DNA from: a virus
Virus record (IMG/VR): IMGVR_UViG_3300034102_001457
Coordinates: 1 to 64,000 of that record
DNA length: 64,000 nt
Direction: 5' to 3' (one strand)
A model generated the notes under the pieces. That model was not told where the DNA came from. It saw only the letters and a program-made list of their open reading frames with translations, and searched no databases. Positions 35,050 to 45,652 of the stretch are shown piece by piece. How positions within the stretch are numbered: the stretch's first letter is position 1; every line of letters begins with the position of its first letter. The position numbers and the translations under genes were made by a program.

Positions 35050-36603
35050 GTGGCAATATCAACAATAGCATCAAACAGTACCTCGGTAGCATTACCAGAC
35101 TTAGACGTATCGGTTTTTAGCAATCTAAATGCTGGATTGAACACAAGCCCTCAGATGCTGTCTATCCTACTGTCATCTACAGCAGCAGTTAGCTTAAGCG
35201 CTTCTATTGCACAGGTAGACTTAATTGATGATAATATTAAAAATAATGCTGTTACAAAAAACCCACCACTTCCTACATGGGCTACCTATACAAATAGATC
35301 TAACGAGCCAGCATTTGTTACTTACGGCAGCAACATGCAGCCTATGTTTGGCGGATACTTAAGAGATGATACAGAAGGTCAAGACTGGCCTGATAGAGGT
35401 GCAAGATATACAAATACATCTCAAGGATCTAGAAGCACTGGACACTCTTCAGTAAAAGGAACTAACTTCCAGCAAGATGAAGGTAACTGGCTTGTACGTC
35501 TACCAGGACACGCCCCTGCTTCAGGTTCTGACGGTCAATTCTCACACTCAGTTTGGTACAACATGGTTAATGAGTACTGGCCATTCTTTGGAACAATGAT
35601 TCAAAAATCAGGAGTTCGTCCAAGAAATTCAATTTATTACAGAAACAACAACTTAGGAATATATCCTAGAAGCGGAGTTTCTCCACTAGAGCATGTTCCT
35701 ATGAGCAGCACATACGCATCATGGACCAACACTAATACTGGATACACAGCTATTTCTTACAACGTTAGAACTAATACTCTAGCAGTTTTAGAGCCTAGAG
35801 ATAACTCAAACAACTACAGACTTCATGTATGGAAAAACGCAAACCCTAATAGAGATTTAGATTCAGAAAACTATACAGCTGGAACTATGCACAGATTTTT
35901 GTTAGAAGCAAAAACTGCGGGAACACCAACAGCATTGACACAAACAGCTTATTACTACTACAACGATTTTCAGTGGCAAGCTAGCTCATCTCAAAACTAT
36001 GATGAGTCAAGAAGAAAAGCATACATTGTTATGGGAGATAACAACCTTGTTGGAATAGCAAGATTTGTTCCTTCAAACATAACTCACTATGCAACATTCC
36101 AGCCTAACTTTGCTACAACTTCTGGAACCCTAACTACCTTGAATGGTATTGGAAATACAACATCATACGGAATTGAGCAAGGCACTTACTTCGGTATGCG
36201 CTACATGCAGACTTGGGACAATAACTGGTTTGCAGCTTATGCGCCATATTACTACTATCAGTCAGGATTCAACTGTATTTGGTTTAACTCGCAAGACCCT
36301 TCAAAGTATTACATTTCACAATGGGGAAGCACCGACTGGGGAGCACAAATTGTTCCTTTCAAGAAGGATAAATTCCTTTTCCACGCAGGATCTTCTAACA
36401 ACGACGGAAACGTAGGTATGAGACTATACGTTGTTGATTTAGGTGGACTTCTAAAATATGGACGGGACTCTGACGGAACAGCGCAGGCGAATGGTTCAAA
36501 CATCAGCCTTTTCAAGTCAACCTTCACATACTCATTTGATACAAGATATCAGTCTACAAATTATCCACTGATTGTTCCAATGGCTGAATGGACACACGGC
36601 TAA
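35050..36603 (+). CDS. Putative receptor-binding protein, paralog B
   Basis: Paralog of 32786-34297. Confidence 0.65.
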   Translation: MAISTIASNSTSVALPDLDVSVFSNLNAGLNTSPQMLSILLSSTAAVSLSASIAQVDLIDDNIKNNAVTKNPPLPTWATYTNRSNEPAFVTYGSNMQPMFGGYLRDDTEGQDWPDRGARYTNTSQGSRSTGHSSVKGTNFQQDEGNWLVRLPGHAPASGSDGQFSHSVWYNMVNEYWPFFGTMIQKSGVRPRNSIYYRNNNLGIYPRSGVSPLEHVPMSSTYASWTNTNTGYTAISYNVRTNTLAVLEPRDNSNNYRLHVWKNANPNRDLDSENYTAGTMHRFLLEAKTAGTPTALTQTAYYYYNDFQWQASSSQNYDESRRKAYIVMGDNNLVGIARFVPSNITHYATFQPNFATTSGTLTTLNGIGNTTSYGIEQGTYFGMRYMQTWDNNWFAAYAPYYYYQSGFNCIWFNSQDPSKYYISQWGSTDWGAQIVPFKKDKFLFHAGSSNNDGNVGMRLYVVDLGGLLKYGRDSDGTAQANGSNISLFKSTFTYSFDTRYQSTNYPLIVPMAEWTHG

Positions 36604-36604
36604 A

Positions 36605-36901
36605 ATGTATTATGCGATACTTGACGGAGAAACTGTAAAGAGATCTGGAACACTAAACACTTTATTTCCAAATTCCTCTTTTCCACTTTCAGGTCCTAAT
36701 GACGACTTTAAAGAAGAGAATGATCTAGTTGAGGTTTTAGAATATTTAGAGCATGACTCAGAAACACAGAAAATGATATTCTGCGACCCATACTTTTTAG
36801 ATGGATCTGTTTATAGAGTTGAGCTTGTAGATTTTACTTCAGAAGAGCTAGAATCAAATCTGGCTGGTATTGAAGAATTTGAATCCTTACAGGGGGAATA
36901 A
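36605..36901 (+). CDS. Small acidic protein (possible chaperone)
   Basis: LFPN.SFP motif; coupled start. Confidence 0.6.
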   Translation: MYYAILDGETVKRSGTLNTLFPNSSFPLSGPNDDFKEENDLVEVLEYLEHDSETQKMIFCDPYFLDGSVYRVELVDFTSEELESNLAGIEEFESLQGE

Positions 36902-37623
36902 TGTTAGTAAACCAGAGATCAGTATTTAAGAGATCAAGATACAGCCAGTTTGGCTTACAGCTATGGCTAGACGGCACAGCTGTTGATAACTTTGAAGTAA
37001 CTCCTGTTACAAACAAATGCTTCCTAGCAAAAGAAAGATCTCAGTATCTAAGAAATTTTGTGCAGGCAACTCCAGCAAATCAGCCTACTTACGTAATAGC
37101 AGCAATTAACTCATTGCCAGCACTAAGATTTGATGGCGTAAACCAATTCATGACATTCTCAGACCCTACACTATCATGGCTTGCAAATACATCTTTTACA
37201 TTTTTTTATGTTGCAACCAAAACAGCAAAGACTGGCAGCTCATTTGTTATCGGAGGACAAGGAGTGGCAACAAGATCTAACCTAGCTTTTGGTTATACTA
37301 TTCCTACTTCATCCAGAGCTGTTTTTGGAAATGATGATATCAATGCTATTGTTCCAGCGGTAACTCCTGGACAACCAGAGCTTTATGCTATAAGATACGA
37401 TAACACAAATAATAGAAGAGAAGTTAGAAGAAACGGTGTAACTGTAGCCCTTGGAGCCTCAGACGGAGCCCCATCTAACATGACAGGGCAGACAATCGGA
37501 CGATACCTTTCTACATACGGACAGTTTGACCTAGGCGAAATACTTATTTACAACAGAGCAATAAGTGATTATGAAATGGGTCAGGTTGAAAGAGACCTTA
37601 TTTCTAAGTGGACAATCGTCTAA
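36901..37623 (+). CDS. LamG/ConA-like lectin domain protein
   Basis: LWLD...RFDG...EILIYNRAIS..E. Confidence 0.75.
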   Translation: MLVNQRSVFKRSRYSQFGLQLWLDGTAVDNFEVTPVTNKCFLAKERSQYLRNFVQATPANQPTYVIAAINSLPALRFDGVNQFMTFSDPTLSWLANTSFTFFYVATKTAKTGSSFVIGGQGVATRSNLAFGYTIPTSSRAVFGNDDINAIVPAVTPGQPELYAIRYDNTNNRREVRRNGVTVALGASDGAPSNMTGQTIGRYLSTYGQFDLGEILIYNRAISDYEMGQVERDLISKWTIV

Positions 37624-37632
37624 GGATAAAAA

Positions 37633-37965
37633 ATGGCATATGAACCCCAAAGATTTGTTGGCCCTTTAATACTAACTCAATTAGCAACTACCCCACTAGA
37701 GACCTTTGCTAACAAAGCAATTATAAAAAACATTATTGTTTCAAACATTTATAATGGAACATTAAAGTATTCTATCTATGTAGCCCCTGCTGGTGAAGAC
37801 GCTCAAAATTATAACAAGGTTTTCCCAGACATGACAGCCCCAGAAAAATCTATTATCTCTCACGATGTTACAATAGTAGTAAATCCAGGAGACAGAATAT
37901 TTGCTCAGGCTAGCATTCCAGGCGGTATCCTTCTTACCATTTCTGGCGTAGAAGTCATTCCTTAA
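37633..37965 (+). CDS. Small structural protein
   Basis: Paralog of 32442-32759. Confidence 0.6.
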   Translation: MAYEPQRFVGPLILTQLATTPLETFANKAIIKNIIVSNIYNGTLKYSIYVAPAGEDAQNYNKVFPDMTAPEKSIISHDVTIVVNPGDRIFAQASIPGGILLTISGVEVIP

Positions 37966-37997
37966 ACACTTCTTTGTAAGTGTAGTATAATATAATT

Positions 37998-39743
37998 ATG
38001 AGTTATGAACTGAAGGTAATCAAAGATTATCCGATTGGCTTTTGGCCTCTGGATGAGTCTTCGGGTACCACTGCCGCAGATATCTCTGGATGTGGAAATA
38101 ACGCTACTTATGTAGGGTCTCCTGCATCTAATATGCTGCCAATTATTCCAGGCGGCGGGTCAGGAACAAAGATAACCAATACTGCTTATATAACAGTACC
38201 AACATCAAAAGACTTCTATGGTTCATCTGTTTCAAATGGGCTAGGCAACAAATATTCTTCAGACAATGACTTTACATTAGAGCTATGGGTAAGTCCATCT
38301 ATTCAGTCATCTAACCTAACAACCTTATTTGCAGACACTACAGATAAAATTGGTTTGTATTGGGAAAAGGGAGATGTCGTATTTAAGGTTACCGACACAG
38401 AACAAATTAGGTGGGCTACAACTTATACCAAAAAGGCAATGCATATTGTAGGCATATATTCCGTAAGCTCTATTTCTTTATATATCGACGGAACTCAAGT
38501 AGCAAATAAAACCATAGACTCTAATTTTAAATTTACAAATACATCGCTAGATCTACAGATAGGACCAACTTCAGATGCGGGAGACTACCTTGTAGTAGAT
38601 GCTCCAGCAGTTTATCGATATGGACTAAACGAGGCATCTATTAAAAGACATTATAACGATGCTAATTATTACATTCAGCCAATACATGTTGTTAACCCAG
38701 AAGAAGGAGTTTTATTTTCTTGCTCTGACAGAACAAATAGAATAGATTTTAGTTACACCTATGGGGTCGATACCGAATGGGATAGCCTTATAGATTCAAA
38801 TACTTATTATGACGACAAAGGAAAGTATATTGGATTTATCCCAACCTCTACCCCCCAATCAAAATCATATGTAATTGATGACTTTATTTTCATTCCAATG
38901 GAGTCAGGTTTTGTAAATTCTAAAATTGAATGGCGTAATGAATTAGGTATATCCGTTCAGACTAGCACTGATGGGGTAAGCTACCTAAACTGTGTAAATG
39001 GAGAAGCGGTGCCTCAGTATAGAAAGGGAAACTTTAATACAAGCGGTCTTCTATATATTAAAATAACTATGTCTACCACAGACGCCAGCAAGTTCTTGCC
39101 AAGATTATCGTTTTTTTCAATTAAGTTTTATAGCCAGTCTAAAATTTATGCTGATAATTTTAATAGTTATATTGAATCTAGCAATCAATTTGCCATAGGG
39201 TCCTTAAACTACTCTCCCCTGATGAGACATTATAATAATGGGATTAGGCCAAATTCAGGATATGGATTTGATATAAGTCCTAATTCAATTATAAATACAG
39301 TAGAGATGTTTTTTACTCCTAAAACAAATGGAGCCAATACTTTATTCTATGATCCAATAACTGGCACCAAGTATGCCTGGAATGGGTCTGGCGTGGTCTC
39401 TAAGGCCTCTATAAGCAAAGTTTATATCAATGGGGTAGATAAGACCTCACAGACCAATATAAGCAATTTCCTGGTCGCTGGAGAGCCTCACCACGTAGTT
39501 CTTGTATTTGATGGGGCTGTAAATGGACCCATTCAGTTTAATTATGAAAATACAGGCGGCCCAGATAATTTATACAACAACATATCGCTATATAATAGAG
39601 AGCTTACTCAGTCAGACGTTACTACCCATTTTGATTTATATTGCGGAAGACCTGCTTCTACAATAATAGATCCAGTAATGAGCCTGACAGAATTGCCTGC
39701 TGAATACTATGACAATGACTGGGTTGTGGTTCAAAGCGTATAA
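37998..39743 (+). CDS. LamG-domain virion protein
   Basis: FWPLDESSG..A.D.SG; FTLELW; LYIDG. Confidence 0.75.
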   Translation: MSYELKVIKDYPIGFWPLDESSGTTAADISGCGNNATYVGSPASNMLPIIPGGGSGTKITNTAYITVPTSKDFYGSSVSNGLGNKYSSDNDFTLELWVSPSIQSSNLTTLFADTTDKIGLYWEKGDVVFKVTDTEQIRWATTYTKKAMHIVGIYSVSSISLYIDGTQVANKTIDSNFKFTNTSLDLQIGPTSDAGDYLVVDAPAVYRYGLNEASIKRHYNDANYYIQPIHVVNPEEGVLFSCSDRTNRIDFSYTYGVDTEWDSLIDSNTYYDDKGKYIGFIPTSTPQSKSYVIDDFIFIPMESGFVNSKIEWRNELGISVQTSTDGVSYLNCVNGEAVPQYRKGNFNTSGLLYIKITMSTTDASKFLPRLSFFSIKFYSQSKIYADNFNSYIESSNQFAIGSLNYSPLMRHYNNGIRPNSGYGFDISPNSIINTVEMFFTPKTNGANTLFYDPITGTKYAWNGSGVVSKASISKVYINGVDKTSQTNISNFLVAGEPHHVVLVFDGAVNGPIQFNYENTGGPDNLYNNISLYNRELTQSDVTTHFDLYCGRPASTIIDPVMSLTELPAEYYDNDWVVVQSV

Positions 39744-39805
39744 ATTTGTCACATTGAGTGACAAAAAGCTGGACTTAGACAGTAAATAATGGTAAAATAA
39801 AACTT

Positions 39806-40144
39806 ATGGAAATGAATAACATACGTCGTCAAGTAATAGAAGAATCACCACTTGGGATATATGTGTGGGAAATGCCTGATGGCAGATGGATTGGAGATGA
39901 CGATGGGAACTTTCTTTCAGTCACGGCCAAAAAAGGAAATAGATCCCTCATCGATGCTTTGGCTAGAGAAGTTCGCTCATATGGCATATATGAAGGCGGG
40001 CCTAAGTTTCTTTCCGCTAGGCGCAAAATTAACGACGAAGAATTTGCAGAACAAAAGCAAAGACTTGAATGGGGACTAGTTCCAGATCCATTTGATATTG
40101 GAAACTATAAAGACGAAATTAAAAAGTTAGGTAAATTGAAATGA
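39806..40144 (+). CDS. Conserved hypothetical protein upstream of portal
   Basis: ORF track; TGGTAAAAT -10 just upstream. Confidence 0.7.
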   Translation: MEMNNIRRQVIEESPLGIYVWEMPDGRWIGDDDGNFLSVTAKKGNRSLIDALAREVRSYGIYEGGPKFLSARRKINDEEFAEQKQRLEWGLVPDPFDIGNYKDEIKKLGKLK

Positions 40145-41724
40145 CAAAGTATGTAGAAGATGATGACTCTCAGGATATTGTAGTTTCAAACGTAGCGGAC
40201 TGGATGAAGTTTAATACTCCAAGAGAAGAAACAACTACAGATTTATTTAAAGTAAGTGGAGAAGAGCTTACAAAGATTTCAGGGCTTAGCCCAGCATTTC
40301 GTCGCAAGATGAATAGAGACCTTCAAAAAAGATTCCAGGGTATTGATGGAACAGAAACTCAGCAGAACTTATTGCAGCAAGCAGTTACTGGCTACGCAAT
40401 GTTTGATCTTGTTGAGCCTCCATACAACCTAGACTACCTATCAACTATTTACGAAATTTCCCCATACAACTATTCAGCAATTAATGCTAAGGTTTCAAAT
40501 ATTGTGGGTCTTGGACACGACTTTATTGAAACACGTAAGACGCAAGAAGCTTTTGATAATATTACAGATGATAAGTCATTAGAACGTGCCCGTCGTAAAT
40601 TAAATCGTCTTCGCCAAGATCTTTATGACTGGCTAGAAGAATGTAATGAAGAAGAAACATTTACTGAAACTTTAATTAAGGCTTACACAGATGTTGAAGC
40701 AACAGGCAATGGCTACATTGAAATCGGAAGAACGTCAGCAGGTAAGATTGGATATATTGGACATATCCCAGCAAAGACAATGCGTGTGCGCCGCCTACGT
40801 GATGGCTTTATTCAATTGCTTTATGGCAAGGCAGTTTTCTTCCGCACATTTGGAGATCAAGAAACAGAGAATCCAATTGCAGGCGGGCTAGATAGACCGA
40901 ATGAAATTATTCACCTAAAGAAGTATACGCCTACAAATAACTATTACGGTATCCCAGACATTGTGGCCTCATCAAATGCTATGGCAGGAAATGAATTTGC
41001 TGGAAAGTATAACCTAGATTACTTTGAAAACAAAGCAGTCCCTCGCTATATTATTACAGTAAAAGGAGCAAAGCTTTCTACGGAGTCTGAGCGTAAGCTA
41101 CTTGAGTTTTTCCAGGTTGGGTTAAGAGGAAAGAATCACAGATCCCTTTATATTCCGCTTCCACCAGATTCCCCAGATTCTAAAACTGAATTTAAGATGG
41201 AGCCAATTGAGGCAGGAACTCAAGAGTCTTCATTTAACGTATATCGTAAATCAAATAGAGACGAAATCCTTCTATCCCACCGTGTGCCAATTAATAAAAT
41301 TGGAACCCCAGAAGGAGTTAACTTGGCGGTGGCAAGAGATGCCGATAAGACATTTAGAGAGCAAGTATGTCGTCCAGCACAAATGAATTTGGAAAAGAAA
41401 TTAAATAAGATCATTGAAGAGATGACAGATGCCCTTATTCTTAAATTTAATGAGCTTACCCTGACAGATGAAGACACTCAATCTAAAATTGATGAGCGTT
41501 ATTTAAGAATGCAGGTAGTGACTCCTAATGAAATAAGAATTAGAATGGGCATGGTTCCACTTGAGGGTGGAGATAAAGTTGTTGAATTAAAGCCACAGGC
41601 ACAGGCAGAGACCAGAGCACAGGCAGGCAAAACCAGAACTAGAGATTCTGAAAGGTCTGCAAATTCCCCCGATATTTCTGGAGAGGGAAGAAATGCTCAA
41701 GGAGATGGAAGACAAGTCGACTAA
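40141..41724 (+). CDS. Portal protein
   Basis: TGNGY, IIHLK...YYGIP, VTPNEIR. Confidence 0.9.
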   Translation: MTKYVEDDDSQDIVVSNVADWMKFNTPREETTTDLFKVSGEELTKISGLSPAFRRKMNRDLQKRFQGIDGTETQQNLLQQAVTGYAMFDLVEPPYNLDYLSTIYEISPYNYSAINAKVSNIVGLGHDFIETRKTQEAFDNITDDKSLERARRKLNRLRQDLYDWLEECNEEETFTETLIKAYTDVEATGNGYIEIGRTSAGKIGYIGHIPAKTMRVRRLRDGFIQLLYGKAVFFRTFGDQETENPIAGGLDRPNEIIHLKKYTPTNNYYGIPDIVASSNAMAGNEFAGKYNLDYFENKAVPRYIITVKGAKLSTESERKLLEFFQVGLRGKNHRSLYIPLPPDSPDSKTEFKMEPIEAGTQESSFNVYRKSNRDEILLSHRVPINKIGTPEGVNLAVARDADKTFREQVCRPAQMNLEKKLNKIIEEMTDALILKFNELTLTDEDTQSKIDERYLRMQVVTPNEIRIRMGMVPLEGGDKVVELKPQAQAETRAQAGKTRTRDSERSANSPDISGEGRNAQGDGRQVD

Positions 41725-41777
41725 CCCTGCTCAACCATTATTTGCCTTATATACGATAACGTTATAAAATTAAGCAT

Positions 41778-43076
41778 ATGAACATTGAAAAATCCTTATG
41801 GTCTTCCAATGGCGATCAGATAGTTTTATCGGTCCCATTTACAAAAGTCAACCGTGAAAAGCGTACTGTCTCGGGCTTTGCAACACTAGACAACGTTGAT
41901 CAGACAGGTGACGTAGTTACCATGGAAGCAAGCATTAAAGCTTTTGAAAATTTCCGTGGAAACATTCGTGAGATGCACAGCTCAAACGCAGTAGGCAAAA
42001 TGATTTCATTTAAGCCAGAAACATACTATGATGCAAAGTCACAAGAATTTTACAACGGAGTTTATGTAGATGCATATGTTTCAAAAGGCGCTCAGGATAC
42101 CTGGGAAAAAGTTCTAGACGGAACACTAACAGGATTTTCAATCGGCGGAAAGATCATTGAATCAGACAACGAAGTTAACAAGTCAACTGGCAAGACTACA
42201 AGATTTATCAAAGATTACTCATTGATGGAACTTTCAATTGTCGACTCTCCAGCAAACGAACTTTGCAACATCTTGTCTATATCTAAGATGAATGGCGAAC
42301 TAATATTTAAAGGAATAGCAACTGAGGTTAAAGCAGAAAACATTTTTTATTGTGCAGACTCAGACTCAGTATTTATTTCAACAGAAGCATCATACGATTC
42401 CCCAGTTACAGGAAAACCTGCAACACTAATTGGATGGGTAGAGTCAAACGATGTTAACAAAGCAAAAGAAATAAACAAGATTCTTGATTTACATAAAAAA
42501 TCAAGATTGTCCACGCCTGAAACACAAATTGCAAAACAGGCAGACATAGAAGGAGGTAATGAAGTGTCAGAGAATACAGAAAACACAACAGTCGAAGAGA
42601 CTGTAGTAGCAGAAGCACCAGTTGTTGCTGAAGAAGCACCAGCAGTTGAAGAAGCACCAGTAGAAGACGCTCCTGCCGAAACTCTAGAAAAAGCAGCCGA
42701 TGTATCAGAAGTTATGGTTGATGAACCTGATTTTGCTAAAATGCTTGGCGACCTTAAGGGATTTTTCTCAGAGACATTGAATAAAGCTACAGAAGCAAAT
42801 GCAGTACAGGTTTCAACAATTAAAGATACAGTTGAAGCGTTCAGCAAGAGCGTAGATAGCCGAATTTCAGAGTTGGCAGAACAACACACAGCACTCTCAA
42901 CTGCTGTTGAAAATATCAAGAACACGATTGATGGTGTACAGAAGCGTGTCGATGCAGTAGAATCAGAGACTGCAATTAAGAAGTCCTCTGACCTTGGCGG
43001 GTCTCAGGAAGTAATGATCAAAAAATCAAAGTGGAACGGTTCTTTCCTTGGTTCCGTGAACGAAATTTTTAACTAA
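41778..43076 (+). CDS. Prohead protease fused to scaffold
   Basis: D..GD, EMH, GFSIGG and ELSIVDSPAN motifs; acidic coiled-coil C-terminus. Confidence 0.88.
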   Translation: MNIEKSLWSSNGDQIVLSVPFTKVNREKRTVSGFATLDNVDQTGDVVTMEASIKAFENFRGNIREMHSSNAVGKMISFKPETYYDAKSQEFYNGVYVDAYVSKGAQDTWEKVLDGTLTGFSIGGKIIESDNEVNKSTGKTTRFIKDYSLMELSIVDSPANELCNILSISKMNGELIFKGIATEVKAENIFYCADSDSVFISTEASYDSPVTGKPATLIGWVESNDVNKAKEINKILDLHKKSRLSTPETQIAKQADIEGGNEVSENTENTTVEETVVAEAPVVAEEAPAVEEAPVEDAPAETLEKAADVSEVMVDEPDFAKMLGDLKGFFSETLNKATEANAVQVSTIKDTVEAFSKSVDSRISELAEQHTALSTAVENIKNTIDGVQKRVDAVESETAIKKSSDLGGSQEVMIKKSKWNGSFLGSVNEIFN

Positions 43077-43100
43077 AATAAAGGTAGGTGAAAATATAAA

Positions 43101-44150
43101 ATGAGTAATGAAAACTTAGAAAAAGCTATCGCTGCAGGTACAACTGCAACAGGTACTTTTGCAGGAGTTACAGGTGTCGGCGGTCAGCATAAAGCTGGCG
43201 AGTCAGGCAATGCTGGTCTCCTAAACGCAGAACAATCAGCTCGCTTCCTGGACTACATGTTCGACGCTACCGTAATTGGTAAGGTCGCCCGTACAGTTCG
43301 TATGAAGGCAGACACATCTGAGATTGATCGTATGTCCGTTGGTGAGAAGCTTATGAAGCTTGCAACCGAAGGTGACAATACAGCCGTAAATGGCGCAGTA
43401 ACTTTCTCAAAAATCTCTTTGACAACAAAGAAACTCCGCATGGATTGGGAGCTTTCAACAGAGTCTCTAGAAGATAACATCGAAGGTGCAGATCTTGAAG
43501 ATCATATTGCACGTTTGATGGCAACACAGGCAGGTAATGACATTGAAGATGTAATCCTCAATGGAGATACTGCACTAACAGGCGATGCCCTATACAAGTC
43601 ATTTGATGGCGTTGTAAAGAAGGCAAAGGCTAATGCACACGTAGTAGATGCTCTTGGAGCAGGCGTAAGCCGTGAGTTGTTTAACAAGGCACTCAAGGCA
43701 ATGCCACGTAAGTACAAGCAACGTCGTGCAGACCTTCGCTTCCTAGCAGGATCAAACCTGATTCAGGATTTCCTATATGCTAACAGCATTGGAACAAACC
43801 AAACAATTCCACAAGATATCGCATCAAGCGTAATCCGTGGTGGAACTGCACCTCTAGGTGGACCAGCAGGATATGTGGCACCATTCGCATTCGGTATTCC
43901 GATTGTTGAAGTACCACTTCTTAATGAGACACAGACAGGTTCATACACATCTCCATCAGGAGTACACGGCGACGTCCACTTGACATTCCCAAATAACGTA
44001 GTTATTGGTATCAAGCGTGATGTAACAGTTTACCGCTTCTTCGAGCCACGTAAGGACTCAATCGAGTACACATTGTATACTCGTGTTGGCGTTCAAATCG
44101 AGCAGGCAGACGCCTGGGTAGTTGTTCGCAACGTTAAGGTTGCTTCCTAA
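43101..44150 (+). CDS. Major capsid protein (HK97 fold)
   Basis: Position, size and ELSTESLEDNIEG...LNGD motifs. Confidence 0.9.
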   Translation: MSNENLEKAIAAGTTATGTFAGVTGVGGQHKAGESGNAGLLNAEQSARFLDYMFDATVIGKVARTVRMKADTSEIDRMSVGEKLMKLATEGDNTAVNGAVTFSKISLTTKKLRMDWELSTESLEDNIEGADLEDHIARLMATQAGNDIEDVILNGDTALTGDALYKSFDGVVKKAKANAHVVDALGAGVSRELFNKALKAMPRKYKQRRADLRFLAGSNLIQDFLYANSIGTNQTIPQDIASSVIRGGTAPLGGPAGYVAPFAFGIPIVEVPLLNETQTGSYTSPSGVHGDVHLTFPNNVVIGIKRDVTVYRFFEPRKDSIEYTLYTRVGVQIEQADAWVVVRNVKVAS

Positions 44151-44172
44151 TTAATTAGGATTTAACCAGCTG

Positions 44173-44204
44173 GAAAGGCCCCCAATTAATTTTGGGGGCT
44201 TTTC
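44173..44204 (+). terminator. Intrinsic terminator
   Basis: GGCCCCCAA / TTGGGGGC followed by TTTT. Confidence 0.85.
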
Positions 44205-44255
44205 ATTTTAATTTAACAATGCTATAATTGCTTTAAGTAGAAATAGGAGATTTGC

Positions 44256-44657
44256 ATGTCATTTGAGACATTAAAGATATCAGAGCTAAAAAAGATTGCA
44301 GAAGACTTTGCAGTCGATGCCGACGGCCTAAAGACTAAAGCCGACATTGTTGCCGCTCTTGCAGAAGAGGGCGTTACTTGGTCTGTATATAACAGCACTA
44401 TTAAAAAGATAGAAGAAGAGTCAGAAGATATGTCAGTAGAAATATTGCCAAAGTTTGATCCAAAAGCAGCACAGCCAGAAAACACAGTATTAGTAAGAAT
44501 GACAAGAGAGAACTTTAGATTTGATATTATGGGAGTCACCTTCACAAAAGAACACCCATTCGTAGCAGTATCTGAAGATGTAGCACAAGAAATTTTTGAT
44601 AAGGAGGAGGGCTTTAGATTAGCGTCTCCCAGAGAAGTACAGGAGTACTACAGTTAA
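44256..44657 (+). CDS. Protein with N-terminal HeH/Rho-N-like motif
   Basis: LKISELKKIA...KTKADIVAAL. Confidence 0.6.
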   Translation: MSFETLKISELKKIAEDFAVDADGLKTKADIVAALAEEGVTWSVYNSTIKKIEEESEDMSVEILPKFDPKAAQPENTVLVRMTRENFRFDIMGVTFTKEHPFVAVSEDVAQEIFDKEEGFRLASPREVQEYYS

Positions 44658-44671
44658 TCTAAGCCTATAAA

Positions 44672-45652
44672 ATGGCAGAGATATTAATTAATTCACAATC
44701 ACCGATTGTCCATCAGATCTTTTGGAATGGTGACATTGCAGTTGCTGACGCTTTACCTGTTGTAAAAATATATGACGTAACGCTAGATGCAAGAGTTAGC
44801 CCTGCCGTACTCCCAACAACCGTACTTGCAACAATAACCTCTACACTAGACGAAAATAATCCTGGAACGTATGTGGTTAACGTGCCCTATGCTCTTACAA
44901 ATAGAAACAAAACATTAAAGGTAAATTGGGAATACTCCGTAGGAGGGGTGGCGGTAGTAAGATCAGATGATGTACAGGTAGTAACTCCATACATAGACTT
45001 CAACTATATTCAAGATCTTGGATATAGCACAGATTCTTCAGACCCGTCATATAAGTCTTACAAAGAATTAATTAGAGCAGAAAGATATGCTCGTAAACAA
45101 ATAGAAGAATATACAGGTCAGAAGTTTTATCTCTATGACGAGACTTTGACGGTATATGGGTATGAGTATGATACTCTTCCATTGCCAGCTAAAATTTATC
45201 AACTTCACACATTGTCTGTAAACGACATACTTCTCAGAGACAATATTAATAATATTGATAATTGGAACTTCCCAGTTCAAATTTCTGAGAGCGGATATTC
45301 AATTAGAATCAATAGAGCAGGAATGGTAGACAATACCGTATATACTGCTAACGGAATGGTTCCTCCAAGTATTCACGATTATTCAGGAGTGTTTCACTCT
45401 GGAGTTCCTTACAAAGTATTTGCAAGATTTGGCTGGGAGAAAGTTCCTGAGAACGTAGAATTAGCAACAGCTGAATTGATGAAAGATTATTTTTCTAAGG
45501 ATACTATCTGGCGCAACAAGTACGTAAAGTCTATATCTACATTCGATTGGGATTTTGAGTACACTGGAGATGCCTACACTGGCACAGGAAACGCCCTAGC
45601 AGATAATCTTTTAGCCGACTATGTCTTAACAATTAAAGCAGAGATTATATAA
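44672..45652 (+). CDS. Head-tail adaptor
   Basis: IEEYTGQKF and FGW..VP.NV..A motifs; position. Confidence 0.7.
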   Translation: MAEILINSQSPIVHQIFWNGDIAVADALPVVKIYDVTLDARVSPAVLPTTVLATITSTLDENNPGTYVVNVPYALTNRNKTLKVNWEYSVGGVAVVRSDDVQVVTPYIDFNYIQDLGYSTDSSDPSYKSYKELIRAERYARKQIEEYTGQKFYLYDETLTVYGYEYDTLPLPAKIYQLHTLSVNDILLRDNINNIDNWNFPVQISESGYSIRINRAGMVDNTVYTANGMVPPSIHDYSGVFHSGVPYKVFARFGWEKVPENVELATAELMKDYFSKDTIWRNKYVKSISTFDWDFEYTGDAYTGTGNALADNLLADYVLTIKAEII

